A stretch of DNA of 64,000 nucleotides, from the NCBI GenBank assembly GCA_046290465.1, contig JBKAGP010000001.1, positions 4,384,001-4,448,000 on the forward strand, in the 5' to 3' direction. A program made the position numbers and the translations under genes. This document shows positions 21,020 through 30,281 of the stretch, piece after piece; the first letter of the stretch is position 1, and the number at the start of each line of letters is the position of its first letter. Source of the DNA: Planctomycetota bacterium (GTDB lineage: Bacteria > Planctomycetota > UBA1135 > UBA2386). The notes beneath the pieces are model-generated. The model was not told the origin of the DNA. It saw only the letters and a program-made list of their open reading frames with translations, and did no database searches.

Positions 21020-22311
21020 CCACCGCGACCGTGCGCCTGTGGGGCACCGCGATCGGCTACGTGTCGATGGACCAGGGCGAGCGCTTCGCGCGGTTCGAGT
21101 TCGACCCCGAGTTCGCGCGTTCCGGCATCGAGTTGGCGCCGCTGCAGATGCCGCTGGCCGCCGGCAGGATCTACCAGTTCCCAGAGCTGCACCCGCGGTC
21201 GTTCCACGGCCTGCCGGGGCTGCTCGCCGACTGCCTGCCCGACCGCTACGGCAACCGCCTGATCGATGCGTGGCTGGCGCGCACCGGCCGCACGCGCGAA
21301 CAGTTCCACGCCGTCGATCGCCTGTGCTACATGGGCCGCCGCGGCATGGGCGCGCTCGAGTTCGAGCCGGCGACGCTCGCGGACGAACGCGACGACCGGT
21401 CGCTCGAGGTCGCGCAGCTCGTCGAGCTGGCGTCGATGGCGTTTGCCAGCAAGGGGGAGCTCGATACGCGGCTCTCCGGCGAGGTCGGCGAGCAGGCGAT
21501 GCTCGACATCCTCAGCGTCGGCACGTCGGCGGGCGGCGCGCGCGCCAAGGCGGTGATCGCGTTCGATCCGAGCACGCGGCAGGTCCGTTCGGGTCAGCTC
21601 GACCTGCCGGACGGCTTCGAGCACTGGCTGATCAAGTTCGACGGCGTCGAGTTCAACGGCGACTGGGGCGTCGCCGATCCCAAGGGCTACGGGCTGCTCG
21701 AATACAGCTACTCGCAGATCGCGGCGCGCTGTGGCGTCGAGATGACCGAATGCCGCCTGTTCCAGGAGAACGGTCGCAGCCACTTCATGACGCGCCGGTT
21801 CGATCGCGACGACGACGGCGGCAAGCGCTTCGTGCAGACGCTCGCCGCGGTGGCGCACTTCGACTACTACGAGAGCGGCGCCTACTCGTACGAGCAGCTG
21901 TTCCTGACGATGAAGCAGCTGCGGATGCCGCAGCCCTCGATGGAGCAGCAGTTCCGGCGCGTGCTGTTCAACCTGGTCGGCTGCAACCAGGACGACCACG
22001 TCAAGAACACCGCGTTCCTGATGGACCGGCAGGGCCGGTGGGACCTGACGCCGGCCTACGACCTGTGCCACGCCGAGGGCAGCGACTTCACCAGGCGCCA
22101 TCAGTTGAGCATCGGCGGCAAGACCGACGGGTTCACGCGTGACGACCTGAAGGAGCTGGCCGACTACGCCGGGTTGCCGCAGGGGCGCGACCGCATCCTG
22201 CTCGAGGAGGTCGTCGACGCGTTCTCGCAGTGGCCCCAGCTCGCCGCAGAGCTCGGGGTGCCGGACGACCTGGTGCGTCACGTGACGCGCACGCTGCGGC
22301 TCGACTGGTGA
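21016..22311 (+). CDS. HipA family toxin kinase
   Basis: N-terminal coupling domain (GLPGLLADCLPDRYG), P-loop GTSAGGARAKA, WLIKFDG, RRFDR, NQDDHVKN, LTPAYDL. Confidence 0.93.
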   Translation: MTTATVRLWGTAIGYVSMDQGERFARFEFDPEFARSGIELAPLQMPLAAGRIYQFPELHPRSFHGLPGLLADCLPDRYGNRLIDAWLARTGRTREQFHAVDRLCYMGRRGMGALEFEPATLADERDDRSLEVAQLVELASMAFASKGELDTRLSGEVGEQAMLDILSVGTSAGGARAKAVIAFDPSTRQVRSGQLDLPDGFEHWLIKFDGVEFNGDWGVADPKGYGLLEYSYSQIAARCGVEMTECRLFQENGRSHFMTRRFDRDDDGGKRFVQTLAAVAHFDYYESGAYSYEQLFLTMKQLRMPQPSMEQQFRRVLFNLVGCNQDDHVKNTAFLMDRQGRWDLTPAYDLCHAEGSDFTRRHQLSIGGKTDGFTRDDLKELADYAGLPQGRDRILLEEVVDAFSQWPQLAAELGVPDDLVRHVTRTLRLDW

Positions 22312-22317
22312 CGGCGG

Positions 22318-23175
22318 CTACGGCCCGAACTGCTGCGCCAGCGTGATCGCGGCGATCGCGACGACCGGCAGGATCAGCACGCGCAGCAGGTCGCCGAGGG
22401 CCGGGGGGCGCCACGCCCCGTCGAGCGCCTGCGGTCGACCCGGGATCAACTCGACGAGGCAGCTGCGCCCGCTCGCCTCGTCGAACAGGACGTGGCGGGC
22501 GACCTGTTCGTCGAAGAACTCGAGGTCGTGGGTGCGATCGGTGGCGGTGCGCCGCGCGCCGCGCTCGTCGACGAACTCGAAGGAGAGCCGGTGCACGTAG
22601 CGACCGTTCACCTGGGTGCGGGTCGGCTCCTTCGCGGTCAGCACGCCCCACGCGGAGTTGCCGCGGCGCATCAGCCGCACGCGGCGGCCGTTGCGGAACA
22701 GCGCGACCGTCAGCAGCACCACCGCCGCGAACGGGAACAGCAGCACCAGCCCGACCCAGCCTTCGAACCGACGTTCCATCATGCCGACGATGCGCGCGTG
22801 CTGCGGCATGCCGACGGGCCATTCGATCTCGTACCGGGCGTCGACCTGCAGCGGGCCGCCGTCGTGGAACGACACGCACTCGTGCTCGACGCCGTCGACC
22901 TCGTGCACGAACGTGGCGCTGACGATCGTGTTGCCGTTGCTCCGCGACGAGGTCTCCCCGCTGGCGACGACGGTGCCGAGGCCGGTCGCGAGTTCGCCGG
23001 TGTAGCGGGACGACGTCAACAGCGTCGAGTTGCCGACGAACATGGTGGCCATCGCTCCGCCGAACGCGAACACCAGCCAGCCGATCATCATCACGATTCC
23101 GCCCAGCCGAACGCGCAGGTCGAGCGACAGCGGGACGGGGCGCGGCGGCGGCGACAGCGGGGGCGGCTCGGGCAT
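22318..23175 (-). CDS. hypothetical membrane protein (DUF3592-like architecture)
   Basis: Three hydrophobic segments flanking two beta-rich domains; TATCTT 7 nt upstream of the ATG. Confidence 0.65.
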   Translation of the reverse strand: MPEPPPLSPPPRPVPLSLDLRVRLGGIVMMIGWLVFAFGGAMATMFVGNSTLLTSSRYTGELATGLGTVVASGETSSRSNGNTIVSATFVHEVDGVEHECVSFHDGGPLQVDARYEIEWPVGMPQHARIVGMMERRFEGWVGLVLLFPFAAVVLLTVALFRNGRRVRLMRRGNSAWGVLTAKEPTRTQVNGRYVHRLSFEFVDERGARRTATDRTHDLEFFDEQVARHVLFDEASGRSCLVELIPGRPQALDGAWRPPALGDLLRVLILPVVAIAAITLAQQFGP

Positions 23176-23246
23176 GTCCGGAAAGATAGCGTCGCCCTGC
23201 AACGTGCACGGCATTCCGGTGGTTGCTGGCGGCCTCCCGACCGCCC

Positions 23247-24512
23247 ATGACCTTCGCCGCCTTCGCCGATCTCGCCCGCACCCTGGTGGTCCGGGCCTTC
23301 ACCGCCGACTTCCAGCGCGAGCGCGCGACCGGCCGCGAACGCGCCGAACTGCTCGGCGCCGAGCGCCCGGTCGCCGATCCGCTGGCGCAGGACTACGTCA
23401 GCTGGCGGCGGGCGGCGCTGTGGGTCGCGGCGGTGCTGCTGTCGCTCGGAGTGGTGCTGTCGATGCTCGACTTCTCGTCGACGGCATCGCAGCTTGCGGA
23501 AGGGGCCAACGCGACGTCCGCCCAGGTCGAGCAGATGTTCGGCGCGGGCAACCTGTCGCTGATCGACCTGCTGCAGGTCGTGCTGCTGCTGGTCAAGCTG
23601 GCCGTCGCCGCGTTGACGGTCGTCGCGGCGGTGCGCTGGACCCGGGTCGCCAGCTCGCGTTCGTTCAGCCGCTACGCGTGGCTGTGCGCGCTGGTGTTGC
23701 CGCTGGTCATCGCCGGCTTCCCGTGGGGGCAGTTCCTCGACTTCTCGCACCTCAACGGCGGCTTCGGCGCGGCGGCCGGGCAGGGCGCGGCGGCCCAGCA
23801 GCAGGTCTCGGTCGCGATCGGCGCGATGCTGCTGGTGACGGTGGCGCCCAAGCTGCTGGCGCTGTTCCCGGGCATCATGCGCAGTTCGCTGACCCTCAAG
23901 ACGCTGCTGCCGCAGGCCGCGGCGCCGGGCTGGCTGACGGTGGTGTTCGCGCCGTTCCTGGCCGGGTTCCTGCTGCTGGTGCTGAGCTTCCTCAGCCAGG
24001 TGCAGGGCAGCTGGGCGCTGATCCTCGGCGTGATGTGCCTCGTCGCCGGGCCGTGCCTCTACGTGCGCCGCGCCCGCGACCTGGTGCGACCGCACACCGA
24101 CGAAGAGGTCGGCGTCGTCGTGCGTGCCGTTCGCAAGCAGGCGCTGGCGTTCCACGCGATCGGGGCGCTGCTGCTGTTCGTCTACGTGGCCGATCTCGAG
24201 GGGCTGTCGTGGCTGTCGGTGCTCCACCTCGGCCTCGAGGCGGCCGGTGGCGTGATGCTGACGATGGTCGCGATCAGCGACGTGACGCTGGCCCTGCTCG
24301 CGTTCAGCCATCGCCAGGGCACGGCGTTCCACGCGTCGGATCTGCGCGCGCAGCACGAGCAGCGCCTGCAGGCGCTGGCGACCTGTGGTCTGACCAGCGT
24401 CGACGAGGCGTTCGGGCTCGGCGCCAGCGGCGGCGAGTTTGCGGCTCAGACCATGCCGGCGATCGCGCCGATCAGGTCCGGCGACGAGACCAGGCCGACC
24501 AGTTCGTCCTGA
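23247..24512 (+). CDS. hypothetical polytopic membrane protein
   Basis: About 8 hydrophobic helices and coding-like codon usage. Confidence 0.7.
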   Translation: MTFAAFADLARTLVVRAFTADFQRERATGRERAELLGAERPVADPLAQDYVSWRRAALWVAAVLLSLGVVLSMLDFSSTASQLAEGANATSAQVEQMFGAGNLSLIDLLQVVLLLVKLAVAALTVVAAVRWTRVASSRSFSRYAWLCALVLPLVIAGFPWGQFLDFSHLNGGFGAAAGQGAAAQQQVSVAIGAMLLVTVAPKLLALFPGIMRSSLTLKTLLPQAAAPGWLTVVFAPFLAGFLLLVLSFLSQVQGSWALILGVMCLVAGPCLYVRRARDLVRPHTDEEVGVVVRAVRKQALAFHAIGALLLFVYVADLEGLSWLSVLHLGLEAAGGVMLTMVAISDVTLALLAFSHRQGTAFHASDLRAQHEQRLQALATCGLTSVDEAFGLGASGGEFAAQTMPAIAPIRSGDETRPTSSS

Positions 24513-24613
24513 TCCTCGACCAGCACCCGGTGCACGCGCGCCTCGAACATGTGCTGCATGACGCCGGCCGCGTTGCGATCGGCGAGAGCAACGGTCTTGG
24601 TTTGGTTCTGCAT
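24446..24613 (-). CDS. single CBS-domain mini-protein or gene remnant (55 aa)
   Basis: GGAGG RBS; MFEARVHRVLVEDQDELVGLVSSPDLI is CBS-like; overlaps the 3' end of the opposite-strand gene by 67 bp. Confidence 0.55.
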   Translation of the reverse strand: MQNQTKTVALADRNAAGVMQHMFEARVHRVLVEDQDELVGLVSSPDLIGAIAGMV

Positions 24614-24726
24614 GTCGACCTCCACACAATGCAACCGAAGCACTGCCACCGACCTTCCGCGCACATGTGCGCATGGTCGTGGGGCCGATCCGATACCACA
24701 CTCCGCTTCGACCAAGGAGAACCCGC

Positions 24727-25158
24727 ATGCCCGGCATCGTCCTGACCACTGATCTCTCGCAGGAGTCGCAGCGCGCGTTCGCGCCGGTGCGCGAACTGGC
24801 CGAACGTCTCGGCCAGCACATCACGCTGATCGCGATCCTCGAAGACCTGCCGTTCGAGCCGACCGCGGGCACGATGATGGCGGTCTATCCCGATCGCGAG
24901 CAGCTGCGCGCCGACTGGGACAAGAAGTTGAAGGAGCTCGCCGGCGACATCGGGGATCGCTGCACCGGCACCGACGTGCTCGACGCGGCCGACGTTCCGC
25001 ATGCGATCTGCGAATACGCGAAGGAGCATGGTGCCGACTACATCGCGATGGCGACGCACGGCCGTTCGGGGCTGCGTCGACTGCTGCTCGGCTCGGTCGC
25101 CGAGGTCGTCGTCCGGCATGCGACCGTGCCGGTCGTGCTCTACCCGCCGAGCGAGTAG
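24727..25158 (+). CDS. universal stress protein (UspA family)
   Basis: AAGGAG RBS; VLTTDLSQES, IAMATHGRSGLRRLLLGSVAEVVVRHATVPVV. Confidence 0.93.
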   Translation: MPGIVLTTDLSQESQRAFAPVRELAERLGQHITLIAILEDLPFEPTAGTMMAVYPDREQLRADWDKKLKELAGDIGDRCTGTDVLDAADVPHAICEYAKEHGADYIAMATHGRSGLRRLLLGSVAEVVVRHATVPVVLYPPSE

Positions 25159-25826
25159 TCGTCGCGCGCCGCGTCCTGCGCCTGCCAGGCGTGGAAGCGG
25201 TGCACCATCAGCGCGCTCGCGAACACCGGCCCGATCAGGTTGATCAGCGGCATCGTCATCAAGAACGCGATCACCGCGCCGGTCAGCAGGCACTCGCCGT
25301 TGCGCCGGCGATGCAGCGCCTTGGTCTCCTTCGGCGACAGCCGCCGCAGCGCGACCAGCTCGAGGTACTCGCGGCCGATCAGCCAGCCGTTGACGGCGAA
25401 CCAGGCGACGGCGTAGATCGGCGGGAAGAACAGCAGGAACAGCAGCAGCACGTTGGCGAGCACCAGCGCGGCGAGGTAGCTCAGCGCGACCGCGACGCTC
25501 TGCACGATGCTGATGCCGGGGGCCTTCGGCAGGTGCGGATAGTGCTGCTTTTCGACGACGTTGCAGATGTAGTCGAGGAACAGCGCGATGAACACGCTGG
25601 CGACGATCGGGAACAGGAACCACGCCAGCACCAGCGTGGCGAGGCCTTCGAGCCAGCCGAGCCAGCTCTCGCCGTCGCTGTCGGGCCACAGCCACAGCAC
25701 CGCGTAGTCGATGCCGAACCAGACGGCGACGAACGTCACGATGCTGAACAGCGCGCACAGCCCCAGCACGCCGAGGATCGGCGCCGTGAACAGCTGCGCG
25801 AGCGCCAGGGAAATCGCGCGTCCCAT
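25140..25826 (-). CDS. EI24/CysZ-like membrane protein
   Basis: FLDYICNVVEKQHYP, NGWLIGREYLELVALR, PLINL. Confidence 0.85.
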   Translation of the reverse strand: MGRAISLALAQLFTAPILGVLGLCALFSIVTFVAVWFGIDYAVLWLWPDSDGESWLGWLEGLATLVLAWFLFPIVASVFIALFLDYICNVVEKQHYPHLPKAPGISIVQSVAVALSYLAALVLANVLLLFLLFFPPIYAVAWFAVNGWLIGREYLELVALRRLSPKETKALHRRRNGECLLTGAVIAFLMTMPLINLIGPVFASALMVHRFHAWQAQDAARDDYSLGG

Positions 25827-25828
25827 GA

Positions 25829-27238
25829 TCAGCAGGCGCTGCCCACCAGGGCTTCGAGGGCGAGGCGCTCCTTGGGCACCTCGGCGGACAGCACGTCGTG
25901 GCCGTTCTTGGTGCACATCACGTCGTCCTCGATGCGCACGCCGCCGAAGCCGCGCTTGCTGTTCATGCCGAGGAACCGTTCGGCCCTGGTGAAGTCGACC
26001 TGACCACGGAACTGCTTCTTCATCGCAGGGTCGCGCAGGATCGCGGGCACGAAGTAGATGCCCGGTTCGATCGTGACGCACATGCCGGGCGCCATGTCGA
26101 CGTCGAGGCGCAGGAAGGCCGAACCGAACTGCTTGCTGCGCTTGCGGCCCGGGGGGTAGTGGATCAGGTCGCCGAAGCCCTCCATGTCGTGCACGTCGAG
26201 GCCGATCAGGTGGCCGACGCCGTGCGGGAAGAACACGGCGTGCGCGCCGCTCTCGACCAGGTCGTCGGCGTCGCCGTGCATCAGGCCCAGCTGCGACAGC
26301 CCGTCGGCGAGCACGCGTGCCGACGCGAAGTGCAGGTCGCGGTAGCGCACGCCGGGCCGGATCATCGAGATCGAGGTCTTCTCGGCCTCGAGCACGATGT
26401 CGTAGATGTCGCGTTGCTCTGGCGAGAACCGGCCGTTGACCGGCCACGTGCGGGTGACGTCGCCGCAGTAGCCGCTCGGCACTTCGGCGCCGGCGTCGAG
26501 CAGCACCAGGTCGCCGCTCTTCATCAGGTTGCCGTGGTCGTGGTTGTGCAGCACCTCGCCGCGCACGCTGAGGATCGTGCCGTAGGCCGGCACGCAGCCG
26601 CTCTTGACGAACGTGCCCTCGACGTGGCCGACGAGTTCCTGCTCGTAGATGCCGGGCCTGGTGTGCGCCATCGCGGCCTTGTGCGCGTCGCGCGTGACCG
26701 CGGCGGCCTGCCGCATCTCCTTGACCTCCTCCGGGGTGCGGTGGTTGCGCAGCTGCGCGATCGCGAGCAGCAGCTCCGGGTCGCCGACCTTCTTGGGGTG
26801 GAAGAAGTCGACGCGGTCGCCGGTGATCTTGCGCGCCTCGGCGGTCGCGCGCGGGTCCGCGATCGCGATCGTCCTGGCCTTGCGGCTGCCGAGCTTCTTC
26901 TTCACCGCGGTCGCGAGTTCGCTGCGCTTCTCGATCCTGGTCACGCCGGCAACGCGCTTGACGTCGGCGAAGCTCGGCGTCGGGCCGTGCCACAGGGCGT
27001 CGTCGGTGGTGCGTTCGTCGAGGAACAGGGTGACCGACCCGTCCTTCGGATCGAACAGCGCCGCGGCGTTCGGCTCGGGATCCGGGAAGAAGAACAAGAA
27101 GGTGCTGTCCGCGCGGAACGGGCCGGGGTTGGCCGGGTAGTTGCGCGAGATCCAGCCGCCCGCCATCAGCAGGACCGGCGAGTCGATGGCGTCGAGGAAC
27201 TGCTTGCGGCGATTCTTGAAGTGCGAAGGACTCGGCAT
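25829..27238 (-). CDS. pepP: Xaa-Pro aminopeptidase (M24B)
   Basis: FRADSTFL, VLHN, LLDAGAE..GYCGDVTRTWP, HGVGHLIGLDVHD, TIEPGIYF, GGVRIEDDV. Confidence 0.92.
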   Translation of the reverse strand: MPSPSHFKNRRKQFLDAIDSPVLLMAGGWISRNYPANPGPFRADSTFLFFFPDPEPNAAALFDPKDGSVTLFLDERTTDDALWHGPTPSFADVKRVAGVTRIEKRSELATAVKKKLGSRKARTIAIADPRATAEARKITGDRVDFFHPKKVGDPELLLAIAQLRNHRTPEEVKEMRQAAAVTRDAHKAAMAHTRPGIYEQELVGHVEGTFVKSGCVPAYGTILSVRGEVLHNHDHGNLMKSGDLVLLDAGAEVPSGYCGDVTRTWPVNGRFSPEQRDIYDIVLEAEKTSISMIRPGVRYRDLHFASARVLADGLSQLGLMHGDADDLVESGAHAVFFPHGVGHLIGLDVHDMEGFGDLIHYPPGRKRSKQFGSAFLRLDVDMAPGMCVTIEPGIYFVPAILRDPAMKKQFRGQVDFTRAERFLGMNSKRGFGGVRIEDDVMCTKNGHDVLSAEVPKERLALEALVGSAC

Positions 27239-27341
27239 GACGCGCCGAGCGTAGCGACCGTGCGTCCGCGCTGAATGCACCGGGTGGGAGTTTCGGGTGT
27301 GGAGAGGCCGTCTTGGCTCGCCACCATCACCCTCGCAGACC

Positions 27342-30281
27342 ATGAAGCCCCAAGCTCTCCTCGCGCTCCTGCTGGTCGCCGCGCTCGGCGCGGCCGCCTG
27401 GTTCCTGTTCGACCTCGGCGGATCGCCCGCGCCGGTCGATGTGCCCGGGGCGAACGAGGCTGCCCCGACACATTCCCGGGACATGGGCGCCGCGGGCGTC
27501 GCGTCGGCCGACGTCGACGAGCAGCGGCGCGCTGCCGCGGAATCGGCGACGCCGACCGCCAGTGAGCGCACCGAGGTGCACGCCGGTGGTGGCACGGATG
27601 CGGGCCGGCCGCGCATCACCGGGCGGCTGGTCGACGCCGAAGGGCTGCCCCGCGTCGGTGTCGAGCTGACCGTCAGCACGTGGAACCTGCGCGGCATGAT
27701 CCAGGTGGTCGACGACACGCCGGGAGCCGAGACCGACCGGCTCGACCTCGAGACCGACGCCGACGGACGCTTCTCGTTCGTCCTCGAAGGCGCGCGTTCG
27801 GGCAACTTCTCGCTGAAGGCGGACGAGCTGGTGTTCGCCGAGCGCGCCAGCTTCGAGGGCAACGGTGCCGACCAGGATCTCGGTGATCTGGTGGTCGTCG
27901 GAGCGGCCACGGTCGCGGGTGTCGTGCAGGACGAGAACGGCAGCCCGGTCGCCGGCGTGCGGGTCTCCGCCGAGCTCGGTCCGATGGGCTTCGGCTCGAC
28001 GTCGACGATGGAGAGCCGTGACGACGGCACGTTCTTGCTCGGCAAGCTGCGCCCCGGCACCTGGACGTTGCGCGCGACGTCCGGGCAGTTCTTGCCCGGG
28101 GTCGCCGAGCAGAAGGTCGAAGCCGACCAGCACATCACCGGCGTGCTCATCACGCTGGCGCCGGGAGCTGCGGTCACCGGTCGCGTGGTCGACGACCGCG
28201 GCGTCGGCGTGGCCGGCATGAAGGTCGTCAGCCAGCGCAAGGAGCGCTCCGGCGAGATGGAGATCGTGCGCTTCTCGGACGAGGAGTCGGTCACGACCGA
28301 CGCCAACGGCGCGTTCCGTCTCGCGGGCCTCGACGGCGAACGGGCCACGCTGAAGGCCTATGGCGACGGCCACAGCACCGCGGTCCAGACCGTCGACACC
28401 GGCACGAGCGGCGTCGAGCTGCAGGTGATGCGGATGGGTTCGGTCGCGGGCGTGCTGGTCACGGCCACCGGCGAGCCGATCGCCGGCAGCCGCGTGCGTG
28501 CCTACGTCGACGAGCAGCGCAGCCAGACGGCGGCGTTGGTCGAGGGCCTGGCCGACCTCGAGATCCAGCGCAACGACGACGCTCGCGGCAAGACCGACGA
28601 GCAGGGCCGCTTCGTGCTGGCCAACGTCAAGCCGGGCAACGTGCGCATCGAGGCCAAGGGGCGCGGGCACCTGCCCGCCGAACGCCGCGACCTGCAGGTT
28701 CGGCCGGCGCAGCGGCTCGAGGGTGTGCGTCTGGTCGCCGACGCCGGCGCCGTGGCGCGCATCGAGGTGGTCGACCAGGAGGGCAACCCGATCCGTGGCG
28801 CGCAGGTCGACGTGACACGCGCGCCCAAGCGGCAGATGCCCGGCATGCGCATCGAGACGCGCACCGAGGGCAACGGCCCCGGGGACTTCCTGCTGGCCGA
28901 CCGTCGGCGCCTCGGCTCCGCCAAGACCGACGAGCACGGCGTCGCGACCATCGCCGGTCTGCCGGCCGCCGATGCGGTCGTCGCCGCGACGCACGCCCAG
29001 TTCGCCCCGGCCGACCAGCAGCGCGTGGCGCTGCCGGCGTCGGGGTCGGTGTCGCAGCGGCTGGTGATGCACGAGCCGGGCTACGTCGAGGTCTCGGTGA
29101 CGCGCACCGACGGTGCGGCGGCGGCCGGCATCCCGGTGATGCTGCAGGCCGCGGGCGCCTCCGGCGACGAAGCGCTCGACCGGCGCAACGCCGATGCCGA
29201 AGGCCGCGTGCGCTTCGGCCCGCTGCGAGCGGGGGACTACACCGCCGTGCTCGCGCGCGAGCCGCAGGCGCGGCGCGCCGGCAACATGATGATGTTCCTC
29301 GGCAACGACCAGCAGCGCATCGCGTCGTCGGCGCAGCAGGTGCTGGTTGCCGCGGGCAAGACCGCGAGCGTCGAGCTCGAGATGCCGGTCCTGACGCGGC
29401 TGACGGGCCGCGTGATCGGCAGCGAAGGAGCGGCCGCGGGCGTCGTCGTCGAGATCGAGTCGTCGGACGACGAGGACGCGGCGCTCGGCTTCGGCGGGCG
29501 CAGCGCGACCACCGACGGCGACGGCAACTTCGCGTTCGACGGGGTCGAGGCTGGCGGCTACGAGGTTCGCTACGGCAAGCCCGGTCAGGTCGTCAAGGCG
29601 AAGCTCGACCTGGACGTTCCGCCCAACACGCCCGAACTGCATCGCGACCTGTCGCTGCGCACCGGTTCGCTGCGCATCGCGGTGCGATCGAAGGAGGACG
29701 CCGATCCGGTCGAACGGGCCGAGGTCCGGCTGGTCCGGCAGGGGGCGCCCGGCGCGCCGAAGCCGCAGCGGCGGCCGCGACGCATCATGATGGTCTCGGT
29801 CACGGCCGACGGCGACGGCGGCGAGAGCTCGAGCACGATGACCCTCGGCAACCAGCGCGTCGTCACCGATGCGGACGGCGTGGCGACGTTCGAGGACGTG
29901 CCGGTCGGCAACTACACGGTCGAGATCGAGAGCGGCAAGTTCGCGCCGTTCCGGAAGCCGGACGTCGCGATCGTCGAGCGGCAGCGGACCGATTGCGGCA
30001 CCGTCGAGGTCGCACCGGCCGGGCAGGTCCGCGGCGTCGTCGAGGATCAGGACGGCAAGCGCGCGATGTCGATGGTGCAGTGCCGGGCCGCGGGCACCGA
30101 GGAGTGGACCAAGACCGAGATGGCGATGCAGGGCACGTATCGGTTGCGCGGCCTCGCGCCCGGCCGCTACGAGGTCCGCGCCCGGCCGATCGGCGTGCAG
30201 GCGGGCGAGCCGTCGCAGCCGGTCGTCGTCGAGGTCGTCGCCGGCAAGACCAAGGTCGCGGACCTGAAGGTCAAGAAGTAG
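27342..30281 (+). CDS. membrane-anchored protein with repeated carboxypeptidase-regulatory-like beta domains
   Basis: N-terminal TM; repeated GRVVD..G.P..G..V / TD..G.F...GL..G.Y units. Confidence 0.85.
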   Translation: MKPQALLALLLVAALGAAAWFLFDLGGSPAPVDVPGANEAAPTHSRDMGAAGVASADVDEQRRAAAESATPTASERTEVHAGGGTDAGRPRITGRLVDAEGLPRVGVELTVSTWNLRGMIQVVDDTPGAETDRLDLETDADGRFSFVLEGARSGNFSLKADELVFAERASFEGNGADQDLGDLVVVGAATVAGVVQDENGSPVAGVRVSAELGPMGFGSTSTMESRDDGTFLLGKLRPGTWTLRATSGQFLPGVAEQKVEADQHITGVLITLAPGAAVTGRVVDDRGVGVAGMKVVSQRKERSGEMEIVRFSDEESVTTDANGAFRLAGLDGERATLKAYGDGHSTAVQTVDTGTSGVELQVMRMGSVAGVLVTATGEPIAGSRVRAYVDEQRSQTAALVEGLADLEIQRNDDARGKTDEQGRFVLANVKPGNVRIEAKGRGHLPAERRDLQVRPAQRLEGVRLVADAGAVARIEVVDQEGNPIRGAQVDVTRAPKRQMPGMRIETRTEGNGPGDFLLADRRRLGSAKTDEHGVATIAGLPAADAVVAATHAQFAPADQQRVALPASGSVSQRLVMHEPGYVEVSVTRTDGAAAAGIPVMLQAAGASGDEALDRRNADAEGRVRFGPLRAGDYTAVLAREPQARRAGNMMMFLGNDQQRIASSAQQVLVAAGKTASVELEMPVLTRLTGRVIGSEGAAAGVVVEIESSDDEDAALGFGGRSATTDGDGNFAFDGVEAGGYEVRYGKPGQVVKAKLDLDVPPNTPELHRDLSLRTGSLRIAVRSKEDADPVERAEVRLVRQGAPGAPKPQRRPRRIMMVSVTADGDGGESSSTMTLGNQRVVTDADGVATFEDVPVGNYTVEIESGKFAPFRKPDVAIVERQRTDCGTVEVAPAGQVRGVVEDQDGKRAMSMVQCRAAGTEEWTKTEMAMQGTYRLRGLAPGRYEVRARPIGVQAGEPSQPVVVEVVAGKTKVADLKVKK

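Noticed and set aside
20535..22311. hipBA-like module as a bounded mobile element
   Set aside because: No integrase, transposase, terminal repeats or target-site duplication seen.
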